From Octopus bimaculoides (lineage: Eukaryota): a stretch of DNA of 57,015 nt. The stretch spans positions 19,918,935 to 19,975,949 of the forward strand of contig NC_068992.1 in the NCBI RefSeq assembly GCF_001194135.2. The letters run 5' to 3'. Positions within the stretch are counted from its first letter, which is position 1. Each line of letters begins with the position of its first letter. The position numbers and the translations under genes were made by a program. A model generated the notes under the pieces. It had not been told where the DNA came from. It was given only the letters and a program-made list of their open reading frames with translations, and ran no database searches. This document shows positions 1 to 12,629 of this stretch, piece by piece.

Positions 1-432
1 ATGTATATACATATATGTATGTAATATGTATATATGTATATATGTATATATATATGTGTGTGCGTGTGGGTGTTTGTGTGAGTGTGTGAGTGTTTATGTG
101 TGTATGTGTGTGTGCACGCGCATGGCTAAGTGGCTATCTATATATCTACATCTATCTAACTACCTATCTATCTGTAATTTCATCAATCTATCTAACATAC
201 CTATTTGACTGCTTCACATATGATAGAGTCATATTCGAACAACTAAGAAAGCCAGTCAATGCATTCCGTCATGGCAATAAATTCTCGCTGGACAAAAATA
301 GATGTGAAATTTTCTTTCTGACAGAACTACGTGAATGGCTGCCTCACTGGTTCGTATACGTCTCAAACATATTTGAACTAGTAACATGTTTTTTTTTTAT
401 TTGTACACGTTACTGCTTAACGCTACTAATAC

Positions 433-460
433 ATATCTATCTATCTATCTATCTATCTAC

Positions 461-508
<48 letters not shown>

Positions 509-543
509 ATATCTATCTAATTCTACATCTATTTTCTGTCTGT

Positions 544-589
<46 letters not shown>

Positions 590-597
590 ATCTATGC
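433..597 (+). repeat. (ATCT)n tetranucleotide (GATA-type) microsatellite, interrupted
   Basis: Long ctatctatct runs read directly. Confidence 0.95.
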
Positions 598-1487
598 ATC
601 TGTCTGTCTCTCTGTCTATATCAATTTATCTGATTATCTATCTGTGCCTGGTTGTCTCTGTCACTTACCATTGTGTGTGTGTTTGTGTAAGTATATATGC
701 ATGTATACACACACACTTACGCATATACATACATCGGTGCGACAGAAAACAAGTAGGTCATGCCTAAACAACAAGGTTGAATTGTAAAGATCTTACCTAT
801 GAATCTTTTTATATGGAAGTATTCGTTCAATTAATTATAAATTCATTGGCTATTTATTCTCTTATTCATAATATTGCGTTTTCTTTCTTTTGTTATTTTC
901 TGCCATGTTTTTAATACATTAGCTGCTATACCACAGGAAATTATTTCTCCTTCTTGAACAATAATTTAGTTTAAGCTCATGTATCAACATACACCCACAC
1001 ACACTCGTACACACACATACACATGCATACATTCACAGACCCTCGTGCACACACACANNNNNNNNNNNNNNNNNNNNNNNNNNNNNNNNNNNNNNNNNNN
1101 NNNNNNNNNNNNNNNNNNNNNNNNNNNNNNNNNNNNNNNNNNNNNNNNNNNNNNNNNNNNNNNNNNNNNNNNNNNNNNNNNNNNNNNNNNNNNNNNNNNN
1201 NNNNNNNNNNNNNNNNNNNNNNNNNNNNNNNNNNNNNNNNNNNNNNNNNNNNNNNNNNNNNNNNNNNNNNNNNNNNNNNNNNNNNNNNNNNNNNNNNNNN
1301 NNNNNNNNNNNNNNNNNNNNNNNNNNNNNNNNNNNNNNNNNNNNNNNNNNNNNNNNNNNNNNNNNNNNNNNNNNNNNNNNNNNNNNNNNNNNNNNNNNNN
1401 NNNNNTATATATATATATATATATATATACATGGGTGTGTGTGTGTGTATGTATGTATGTATAACATCTGATAGACACACATAAACG

Positions 1488-1532
<45 letters not shown>

Positions 1533-1619
1533 ATGTGTGTGTGTTTGTGTTTGTGTGTGCGTGTATGTGTGTGCGTGTATAAAGTTTATGCATACTTACA
1601 TATCTTCATATACAGATTG

Positions 1620-1665
1620 TTAGATTGATAGACAGATAGACAGATAGATAGATAGATAGACAGAC

Positions 1666-1728
<63 letters not shown>

Positions 1729-1752
1729 CAGATAGATAGATAGATAGATGGA
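1620..1752 (+). repeat. (AGAT)n/(AGAC)n microsatellite
   Basis: tagatagata runs, reverse-complementary to the 433-597 array. Confidence 0.95.
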
Positions 1753-2491
1753 TGGACAAATAAATAGGTTGATTGATTTTTCTAGACACAGATAAATTTA
1801 TGCGTGGAGACAGAAAAATACTTATAAAATTTTCCTGTGTGTACATTTTATTGATATTCTGAAGAGGAAAACAATTATTATTGCCACTATTACCGCCAGA
1901 GTATTTTGGCAGATGGTGGCTATTGTGAATCAACTTTTGTTCGATAAATGCAAAGTCGTACTATTAAGAAGCTGCCTTGTACTAACTTATGACCTTGCAG
2001 AGCCATGGAGAGCAATCAAAGTTGATTTACCTGGCTTAGATAGAACATAAAAATAAAAGTAAATCAAAATAATCTAAGCAGAAGTGGCTCATACAAATAA
2101 TGCAACTTAAAGAAAATTCACATTCAATTCGTATAACGAAAACAGGAAAGCCCAGTGAGGGTCAAGGAAAGATTGAGGTAGGGAAGTGTAAGTGAGAGAA
2201 TGAAAAATTGTGGAAGAAATATATCTATTGTTCATAGAAAAGTGATTGAATGTATTTCAATTTAAGTAGATATACAGGCTTGTATAGATTGTTTTATGCA
2301 TGTATAACCAGAATTTGCCAAATATTCGTGAGTTTGAGACGAGAAAAAAAAATTCATTTACAGTTTAGGATGACATAGTTTTCTCCTTACCCCTTGAGAT
2401 GTAGAATGAAAGGGAAGTGACGCAGTTTAAACGGTATTAGTTATTTTGAGCAATTATGAGTGAAATCCGTGCGTGTCTGTTGTGTTGTGTG

Positions 2492-2533
<42 letters not shown>

Positions 2534-3904
2534 GCGTGAGTGTGTGTGTGTGTGTGTTTGTGCGTNNNNNNNNNNNNNNNNNNNNNNNNNNNNNNNNNNN
2601 NNNNNNNNNNNNNNNNNNNNNNNNNNNNNNNNNNNNNNNNNNNNNNNNNNNNNNNNNNNNNNNNNNNNNNNNNNNNNNNNNNNNNNNNNNNNNNNNNNNN
2701 NNNNNNNNNNNNNNNNNNNNNNNNNNNNNNNNNNNNNNNNNNNNNNNNNNNNNNNNNNNNNNNNNNNNNNNNNNNNNNNNNNNNNNNNNNNNNNNNNNNN
2801 NNNNNNNNNNNNNNNNNNNNNNNNNNNNNNNNNNNNNNNNNNNNNNNNNNNNNNNNNNNNNNNNNNNNNNNNNNNNNNNNNNNNNNNNNNNNNNNNNNNN
2901 NNNNNNNNNNNNNNNNNNNNNNNNNNNNNNNNNNNNNNNNNNNNNNNNNNNNNNNNNNNNNNNNNNNNNNNNNNNNNNNNNNNNNNNNNNNNNNNNNNNN
3001 NNNNNNNNNNNNNNNNNNNNNNNNNNNNNNNNNNNNNNNNNNNNNNNNNNNNNNNNNNNNNNNNNNNNNNNNNNNNNNNNNNNNNNNNNNNNNNNNNNNN
3101 NNNNNNNNNNNNNNNNNNNNNNNNNNNNNNNNNNNNNNCCCGTTTTAGTTTATGTATTTTTTGTCGACACCAGACCTTGATTGACAGTTTAAAATCATCC
3201 TCATTAAGTGAAAATACACAATCTCTAATCTCCAAATAGAAATTTAATGAAATTGGCAAGGGAAAAATTGTATATATGCTTGTCAAATTTAATCTCATAT
3301 AATGTCGAAATGCATTAACAATCTAGGTGTCAACTAATTTGGTTTCTTTTACTTATTGCCGAAGTAATTCAAGACTTTAGTACAATGAAATGACAACTAA
3401 TGGAATAAAATGTGTTCAACATTTAGTCAAGTCAGCCTACCTTCTAATTTGTTGTTAGTTTCGTTGTTTAAGCAGAAATTAGCACATATAAAACTGAACT
3501 AGAATCACACATATTTTAGCAATAATGATCCTCTTTTTTTTTATTTTGGTTATGAACAATACATATTGTTCACCATTATCACTTCATGATAGTGACCTTT
3601 ATGCGTTAGCCGTCTGCATGGGGTCTCCTCAAATTGTTTCTGAGTTTCAGTAGCACCGGGTTTATTTTGATACAGATCTTCCTGCAAAATATGTAGTATT
3701 ATCATTAGGAAATAGGCATGTATTCGTCAAAATATATACATCAATTTTTTTAGGTGGTAAATTCTTATCATCACAAACCACTGAATATGACTGCCACGAA
3801 CCTTGCGACTTATACGGCTTGTTACCCATTTTCATAGTAACTGAGATCAAGTTAAACCGCTTGAATAGGGTCGCACTCCGTCGCAGGTTTACTTATTTAC
3901 AGAT

Positions 3905-4017
3905 CAGAGAACAGAAACAACTTAAAATGAAGTCTTTTGCACAAAAGCACAACGCACAACCGGGTCCTCGAATCGAACGTACGATCTTGTGATCACGAGT
4001 GAAACATTAAACCCTAG
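3905..4017 (-). mobile_element. Decayed tRNA-derived SINE 5' fragment
   Basis: Minus strand reads ...gatcgtacGTTCGATTCgaggacccggttgtgcgttgtgcttttgtgcaaaagacttcattttaagttg: a B-box-like motif followed by the tgcgttgtg..tt..gcaa.acactt type segment typical of SINE bodies. Confidence 0.45.
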
Positions 4018-4249
4018 GATTAAAACTTTATCATCATTTTTCAAAAAAGCATCTGTGAATACTAAGAATGCTCCGACAGTGTATCATTCTTGTCTCATTC
4101 ATATACAACACAATTGTAAGAATTAGATCTTTGGTGTCAGACTTAGTATATCGTACAATCAAACGCATTCTTGTATTTAATGTGTTTCCTTTTAAATTCT
4201 GCATTGAAATTCTACAGGAGTCAAACATAAATGTTTCTATGCTTTATAT

Positions 4250-4335
4250 GTTGATAAAATAAAGTACATTCTAAATACCGGAATCAATCAATCGACTAAT
4301 CCGCCCCGCCTCAAATGTTGGTCAAGGTCGTACAT
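4250..4335 (+). mobile_element. Highly decayed 3' fragment of the CORE-like SINE family
   Basis: gataaaataaagtac...aatcgactaatccgcccc resembles gataaattaagtacc...atcgactagccc of the copy at 28720-28890. Confidence 0.35.
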
Positions 4336-6134
4336 ATTTAAATTAATCTTTTTTGTTTACTCAACTCGCTAATTGCTACCAGAATGGCATGACTTCGGTA
4401 GATTGGTGCTATGACTTCCTTAACACTATCGTTATATAATCGGTGTTCATTTTTATTGATCATGACTCATCACTGGGTGAAAGACCTATTTTCCTTATCT
4501 GGCCGCAGAATTTAGAGTGATAATACTTAATGAATAGAGTTAAGCACAGCAGTTCCGTCACAGAAATGACAATCAATAGTCACTCAGTAATTATCAACTC
4601 GATTTGCTATAAATAACAGCTGACTTTAGAGTTCGAAAAATAAAGCTCCATAGCTATAACAGCTATTCGACCATTTTGACTCGAACCTAGTCATATAAGA
4701 CAGCCACTCATACACTAGGGTTAATTTTAGAGTTATCTACATTGTCTCTAATTGACTGTTGAGGCTCGTATTTTCAACTTTCACTGTAGAAAATATTCTA
4801 ATTTGAACGTTAGACATGTTAGCAACATTCAAGTATTATTTGTTGAAAACAGACAAACAGGGGAAGAAAATGAAAAACGGAAAAAAAAAATAACAGAAAT
4901 AAATGAAGAGTCTTATAGAGTTTCAAGAAGCTTTGATTCATTGTATATAAGCTCTCTCTAAAATTAAGATAGTGTTACTGATGTTTAGAGACCCTATTTT
5001 CAGAAAATAAGCACTTTCATTTCACTAGTAACATGTTAGGAAATCAAAGAGAATTGCATTAAATGCCTGCAGGACACAGCTTATACTGATGAATGAAAGG
5101 CAACTCCGTATATTTGATTATGTTATTTAATTTTATTCGTTTTGGTTCAGGGTTGGTTTAGTGAACAGTAGTTTTAAAAAGCGACATTACTATATATTTA
5201 GAATTAAATAAAGATAAATAGTGAAAATCGATAGTTTACTACTGTATGATTTGATCTGTCCTAAAATACCAACATTTCTATTTTCATAAAGGTGTTGCTC
5301 TGCTACGGTTTTATTTGGACTGCAAAGTTATAAATGTAATTCTTTTCCTCGTCATTAAATACTGACTTGAATTTATCTATAATACTTGAGAAAATAGGAA
5401 CATTAAGCCAAGCAGTCTCTACTTTTTACTAGCATTATTTCTTCCTAAATTTATTCGTACTCTGTTCTTCTGAGTTTTCAGTTTGTCATGATAGTTTTGG
5501 CTTCTACATTTACTTTCACTTTCGTATTTTTCACATTATATTTTCGGTTCTCTTCTCGGTCTCAAGTATGATGCTAATGATTTCTCGAGATGAGATCAAT
5601 ACTGAATGTGGTAAAACAATCAATTAAGTCACACTAGTTTTATTTATAGCAAAACCGGAACCATAAAATATAAAATTCAACACCAATTAGATTTCAACTC
5701 ACTTCGCAAATGTATGAGTTTAATTATTTCAAAGAATTTACGGAGAAACGCAAGATTTACCGCCCAAAAAGATAATCGTTACAGTTTAATTTCAATAAAG
5801 GGATTGAATTTTGGAAGCAACTGGACACTCTCAATTAATTCTTTAATATTCTGTTTTCTACATTTCTGCTAGGAATGCCAGAAAACCAGCTTATATATCC
5901 TGCCAAATAGCTAAATATAATATATTAAAGAAATTTAAGGATAAATTATAAAATGTTTAAATTTACCTCTCTATATATTCAGTCTTTCTACCTCATAATA
6001 ATAATAAAGTTATTAATAAATATAATAATCATAGTCATATACACACATACATATGAACACAGACGAATAAACATTCACACACATACGTGTACACATACAA
6101 ACACACGCACGCACACATGCACGCACACATGCAC

Positions 6135-6218
6135 ATCTACAACAGGCTTTTCTCGCTTTACGATTATCAATTCCACTCACAAGATTATGGTCGGCCTGGG
6201 GCCACAGTATAAGACATT
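6135..6218 (-). mobile_element. Fragment of the SINE family seen at 13801-14217
   Basis: Minus strand ttatactgtggccccaggccgaccataatcttgtgagtggaattgataatcg aligns by eye to ttctactataacctcggctgctcaatgtcttgtgaatggattcggtagacgg (13880-13945). Confidence 0.55.
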
Positions 6219-6240
6219 CATACACACACACACACATATA

Positions 6241-6281
<41 letters not shown>

Positions 6282-7848
6282 CATATGTAAATATATATAT
6301 TCATCCGTTTCTGTTTGCAGCACTAAACCTTTATGTGTGTGTGTGTGTGTGCGTGCGTGTGTGTATGCGTGTACGTGCGTGTTTGGTTTGTGTGATTGTG
6401 TGTAGGTATATGCTTCTGTATTGTGCATGTTTGTATATGCACCTACGTGTGTTTTATTTGCGTGTGCACCTAGCCGCCACTCAGTCACTTGGATATGCGA
6501 ATAATACCGCTGAGCCGTACACAATGGAGAGTTATATTCTGACGTAGCAACCATAAAAGTGACAAAGGCGTCGCAAAAGCGATAGGTTGTACTTTACATT
6601 TTCTCACTCAGAAAGATATATACACACGCACACTCAACTATATCCACACAGGAGCACATACACGCACTATCTTTCTATTTCTCTTCTCTTCTTATCTACT
6701 CCCTCTGAATATTTCTCTCCATCTCTCTTATAGGTATTCGTATACATACAGTAATAGGTAGATTTAAATCTCCCCCTCTCTCTCCGACTCTTTATACATG
6801 AATACGCACGCACACATGCATATATGCACGTTTGTGTGTATGTATATATGTGCGTATGTATGTATGTACGTACGTATGTATGTATGTGAAAGGTTGCATG
6901 TATGTATGTATATGAGAGGCTGTATGTATGTCATCTGTGAGAGGCTGCACGAAAAAGATAGGGTGACTGAATACAAACATGAAACAGTGAAATGCTTCAT
7001 TTCAAGGGAGAAAAAATATCATTACTACTTCCGTTGTCATTTTTCTATTCAGTTTTCCTAACACTAACCTGCAGCAATATTATACATCATCAATTATATA
7101 ATTCATCTCTTTTCTAATTGTTTCAACGTGAAGATTGTAAATAAAATTCAGGAAATAATAGAAATGCACACAGAAACACTCAACAATTAAAGAGAAAAAC
7201 ATGTTTTAGTTACGATATCAAAGAAATTATTTTCTATAATAAAACTGATATGTCAGTGAGTGAGAAAAATACGAAGGAAAAATTAGAAATTTGTTAATGT
7301 TCTATCTTTGTATTTCCGTTGTTTCATGAGTAAATATGCAAATATAGCCTAAAGATTAAATCTGGTAAGTTTTAAAGAAAATGAAAAAGAAAAAGAACAG
7401 CAAGAAATATTGAGCAATATAAAGTTAAAAGATGAATAGTGACGAGGAACAAAGGGTAAATGGCTGTAAATGGGTGAAATTATGTGTTTACGTGTAGATA
7501 AATGTTGTTCTGTAACTGTGTGATTATGAATGAGCGCTTGTAAATGTTTCCATATGCATACACATGTTCATAGAAACATAGAAAATATATTCATAATTAT
7601 ATATTAGCACACAGACAGAAACACATAGATATAAATAGGTATATGTGAATACAAATATGTGTGTGCACGAGCGTGCGCGATACAAGTGAAGAATAGAGAT
7701 TATGATATAGTACACATATTGTATGGTTTACAATTATTTCAGTAACTTGTGGTGACCAGTCACACGTCATTTTTACAAACATGCTTTAATATATATATAT
7801 GTGTGCGTGTGTGTGTGTGTGTGTATGTGTGCGTGTGTGTGTGTATGT

Positions 7849-7889
<41 letters not shown>

Positions 7890-7998
7890 CAAACCCATAT
7901 ACGTATGGAGTAAATATCGTTTGACAACATACGTGGCAGTCCTGGTTTAGGACGAATGTTGCTGTAATTTAACCACAGGAGACATTATTTCCAGCTAG

Positions 7999-8403
7999 CT
8001 ATACGACACGACTTGTATCCTTATATTTTCGATCAAGGGAATCCAACACTCAGCTCAAAACAATATGTGTATCGCGATTTCCGGGTTACTTCCCTTCAAA
8101 AGCCTAGAATAATTGTTCGGCTCTAGTTTTCAAAGTGACAACTAGTCACTTATGTATAAATTAAAAAAATACTATTTTTAAATCTCACAACGAGAGATAT
8201 TCAGCAACAGTACTTTAGAGTAAAGATTGTTTGCCAACATAATATGGCAAAAATTTGGCAACGACATCTCTAACCGAACAATTATTCTGTGCAGATGAAG
8301 AGAAATGACCCGGAAATCGTGATACACAGATATTGTTTTGAGCTGAGTGGATGTGGTGTATTTCTCTGTTCGAAAGTATAAGGACACAGATATTGTCGTA
8401 TAG
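7999..8403. mobile_element. Foldback/MITE-like element with long imperfect inverted arms (7999-8120 and 8274-8403)
   Basis: Left arm ctatacgaca...cactcagctcaaaacaatatgtgtatcgcgatttccgggtt...agaataattgttcgg matches the reverse complement of ccgaacaattattct...cccggaaatcgtgatacacagatattgttttgagctgagtg...tgtcgtatag. The right arm runs into the gap at 8404. Confidence 0.7.
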
Positions 8404-9036
8404 NNNNNNNNNNNNNNNNNNNNNNNNNNNNNNNNNNNNNNNNNNNNNNNNNNNNNNNNNNNNNNNNNNNNNNNNNNNNNNNNNNNNNNNNNNNNNNNNN
8501 NNNNNNNNNNNNNNNNNNNNNNNNNNNNNNNNNNNNNNNNNNNNNNNNNNNNNNNNNNNNNNNNNNNNNNNNNNNNNNNNNNNNNNNNNNNNNNNNNNNN
8601 NNNNNNNNNNNNNNNNNNNNNNNNNNNNNNNNNNNNNNNNNNNNNNNNNNNNNNNNNNNNNNNNNNNNNNNNNNNNNNNNNNNNNNNNNNNNNNNNNNNN
8701 NNNNNNNNNNNNNNNNNNNNNNNNNNNNNNNNNNNNNNNNNNNNNNNNNNNNNNNNNNNNNNNNNNNNNNNNNNNNNNNNNNNNNNNNNNNNNNNNNNNN
8801 NNNNNNNNNNNNNNNNNNNNNNNNNNNNNNNNNNNNNNNNNNNNNNNNNNNNNNNNNNNNNNNNNNNNNNNNNNNNNNNNNNNNNNNNNNNNNNNNNNNN
8901 NNNNNNNNNNNNNNNNNNNNNNNNNNNNNNNNNNNNNNNNNNNNNNNNNNNNNNNNNNNNNNNNNNNNNNNNNNNNNNNNNNNNNNNNNNNNNNNNNNNN
9001 NNNNNNNNNNNNNNNNNNNNNNNNNNNNNNNNNNNN

Positions 9037-9106
<70 letters not shown>

Positions 9107-9508
9107 GTATATGTATATATATATACTCATATAAGTTACGACGAGAATTACCCCAGGCCATGCCTAACTAATAGCACCAGGTGAATGTTAACTTCGCTCC
9201 TCGCTGTATGTTTTCGTTCGTTTCCATCACGACTTCAGACTTTCTCCGATATTTTTACCTATACAAGCATGTCTTAAGGTATTTATGTCTGCATCCGGAG
9301 ATTCTTTAAAATCTATCACTTTACACATATATATATTTAATATATTCGTTTACTTGCAGATTTTTTAAAAAATGTCTCTATTTATATATTTGTATTCTAT
9401 CTTGTACAATTGTCCTTTAAATCCATCTCTAATCGGAGTCATGTTTGTGGATTGAATTACCACTTCATTTGTTTTTTCACACTACCATATTTATATATAC
9501 ATGCATAG

Positions 9509-9539
<31 letters not shown>

Positions 9540-9668
9540 CGCACACACACACACTCACGCCCACACACCCACATACACACTCATACACACGCATACACAC
9601 ATACACATATATACACATATATGCATACAGAGAGAGAGACATAGGTAGGTATAGAGAAAGGCTGATAT

Positions 9669-9782
9669 ATAACGCCACACAGTGGACTTCTCAAAATAAC
9701 CACATTTAGTACCTAATGCGAGGAAAAACAACCAACAGGTACTAAATGTGGTTAGTTTGAGAAGTCCACTGTGTGGCGTTAT
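9669..9782. repeat. Near-perfect 46-bp inverted repeat with a 22-nt loop (hairpin / possible MITE)
   Basis: 9669-9714 ataacgccacacagtggacttctcaaaataaccacatttagtacct versus the reverse complement of 9737-9782: one mismatch (9696 A opposite 9755 G). Confidence 0.93.
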
Positions 9783-9919
9783 TATATTTCTGTAATAATG
9801 CCCTTTATATAAATATAAACAAATAATTATATTCTTGGGAATAAAAATTTCCCTTATGAATTCTTTTACACACTGGCTTCTTGATAAAATTGTTGTAAAA
9901 GAGTTTTATCCCTTTTTGA

Positions 9920-9922
<3 letters not shown>

Positions 9923-9997
<75 letters not shown>
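9923..9997. repeat. (TA)n microsatellite
   Basis: Uninterrupted TA run. Confidence 0.97.
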
Positions 9998-10000
<3 letters not shown>

Positions 10001-11502
10001 GATAGATACATACATACATACAACCATACATACACCATATACAGGCATGTATGTATATTTATAGATACACTCAAACACACGACCACAACCATATTACGAC
10101 AAAGAATATATTTATCACAAATTTATTATTAGTAACAATTGTTTTGGTGTACCATTCCGGTTCTTCCGATACCATTGCACGTGGAAGCAGATTTAACGTG
10201 GAAACTTACGCAATACATGCAGTTGATTATATTGGAATGGCACTTCGTCAGGATGGCCTCAAGGCGTTTGGTCTTACATTGCACCGTACACACACACATA
10301 CACACACATACATTCATACAATCATACATAAGTAATCACAATCTCTGTGTCTGCATACGTAAGTGTTTTGTGTTGTGTGTTGTGACTGATAGTGTGACTA
10401 AGTGTACGTGTTTGTTTAAGCTATATTTATCTTTTATCTCAGACGGAAAGCTAAATTGTTTCCCAGCTTCCAGTTTTCGCCAATCATATTATCGTATTGA
10501 TAATTCTCACCACTTTTCTTTTCGAAAATAGCTACATACAGAATTCAGAAAATGCTTGCTACATTACCTGTGGCTATTCGCATGCTGTTGCTTCTATATA
10601 CACATGTGTTGTAGGAATATACGAACGAACTCATGCATGCGAGCACAAACACACAATCATCCTTAAATACTCACAAACAAACACACACACACACATACGC
10701 ACACACACACAGATGCACACACACGAGCGCACACACGCACACACAGACACACACACACATACACACATACATATATATATTCCGCCTTGCTACTGCTTAT
10801 TTCCTAACATAAAGAGACATACAGATGTTTTTATTCCCTGATTCATATATTTTCCCGCCACTACATTTCCTACTTTTGATATTTTCATTTCTGTTCTATA
10901 GAGTTCTATCTTGCTCAGGGCTATCTTTATAACGGAGATCAATCACTGCATAAACCATGCACAAAAAAAAAAAAAAAAAAGAATATTTTCAAAATCAGTA
11001 GTAAAAGTAATAATATTCATACTACTAATAATAACATAATGGAGATAACATTTACGTATGGACGTGATTTCATACATACATACATACATACANNNNNNNN
11101 NNNNNNNNNNNNNNNNNNNNNNNNNNNNNNNNNNNNNNNNNNNNNNNNNNNNNNNNNNNNNNNNNNNNNNNNNNNNNNNNNNNNNNNNNNNNNNNNNNNN
11201 NNNNNNNNNNNNNNNNNNNNNNNNNNNNNNNNNNNNNNNNNNNNNNNNNNNNNNNNNNNNNNNNNNNNNNNNNNNNNNNNNNNNNNNNNNNNNNNNNNNN
11301 NNNNNNNNNNNNNNNNNNNNNNNNNNNNNNGTGTGTGTATATGTATATGTATATATAGTATGTATGTATATATATAGGCATAGATACCTGTATGTATACA
11401 TATATATGTATGTATATGCACGTACGCACACACAAACACACAAACACACACACACACACACACACAAATATATATATATATATTTGTATATACATAAATA
11501 CA

Positions 11503-11543
<41 letters not shown>

Positions 11544-12629
11544 ATATATTCATACGTATATACAATATATATATAATATTATATTATGTATGTTCATGCA
11601 TATATGCATTGTATATATATATATATATATATATTTATGTTCTTCATAATGAATTAGAGAAACGCGATCTATAAATAGCTTTACTTATGCAATATATATA
11701 GTATCAGTATACATGCGTATTATATAATTGCATACATGTATACATACCTACATATGCAAACACAAAAATGTATATAGTTGTATACGCATGCATAGATGCA
11801 TCAATATATGTGTAATTGTGTGGTTCTGTGTTGTGTGTGTGTGAGTATATATATTTGAGCGTCTGTGTGTTCACACGCACATATTTATGCTTGTACGTAT
11901 GTATATACTCATATATGTGTACATTCCATTAAGCTTTCGATTTCGCCATTATAACTGATATATGATACTGGATCTATTCTAAGTGTAAACTACCTTTCAC
12001 CAACAAAGAGAAAAAAAAAATGTGTCTTTCAATTCACTTGCAACAGTTTGTATCATAATGGAATTTACTTCAAATGCACGGTTTTCTGCTTTTGATTTTA
12101 AGCCTTTCAATGCTGTAATTCGATAGGAGTGAAATTAAAGACTTTTTACTCTATGTTTCTTTAGCCATATAAAGCTTCACAATCAATACGATACTACCAG
12201 GTATTCTCAAATTTATTACACTACTCATTATTTATAAGAAATCAAAGTCGTTTCAAGATTGTGTCTGTTTCTTTTTTTTATTTCTTTCACAATGGCATGA
12301 ATATCACGCCGCCTCATTTACCGTCGTGTACATGTAAGCAATCAATAGATCATTTAAATATCTGTGAAAATACCTCTTATTAATTCTTTGACACAAAAGT
12401 AAGAGAATTACTGTATCATTGATTTCTTATATAGACATACAAACATCTTGTCTTGGTTAACGGGTTAACCAGCCGTTTTACTCTAGCGAGTTACTGTTAC
12501 TTATTTTATGAAATCCGAATTGATTGATATGGAATCTTATTGCGATGAAATAAATTACAAAATGTGTTTAGTCTGTTGACCCCAAATGTCAAGTACTATA
12601 TTCATTAGTTACTACTATCCATTATTCAA

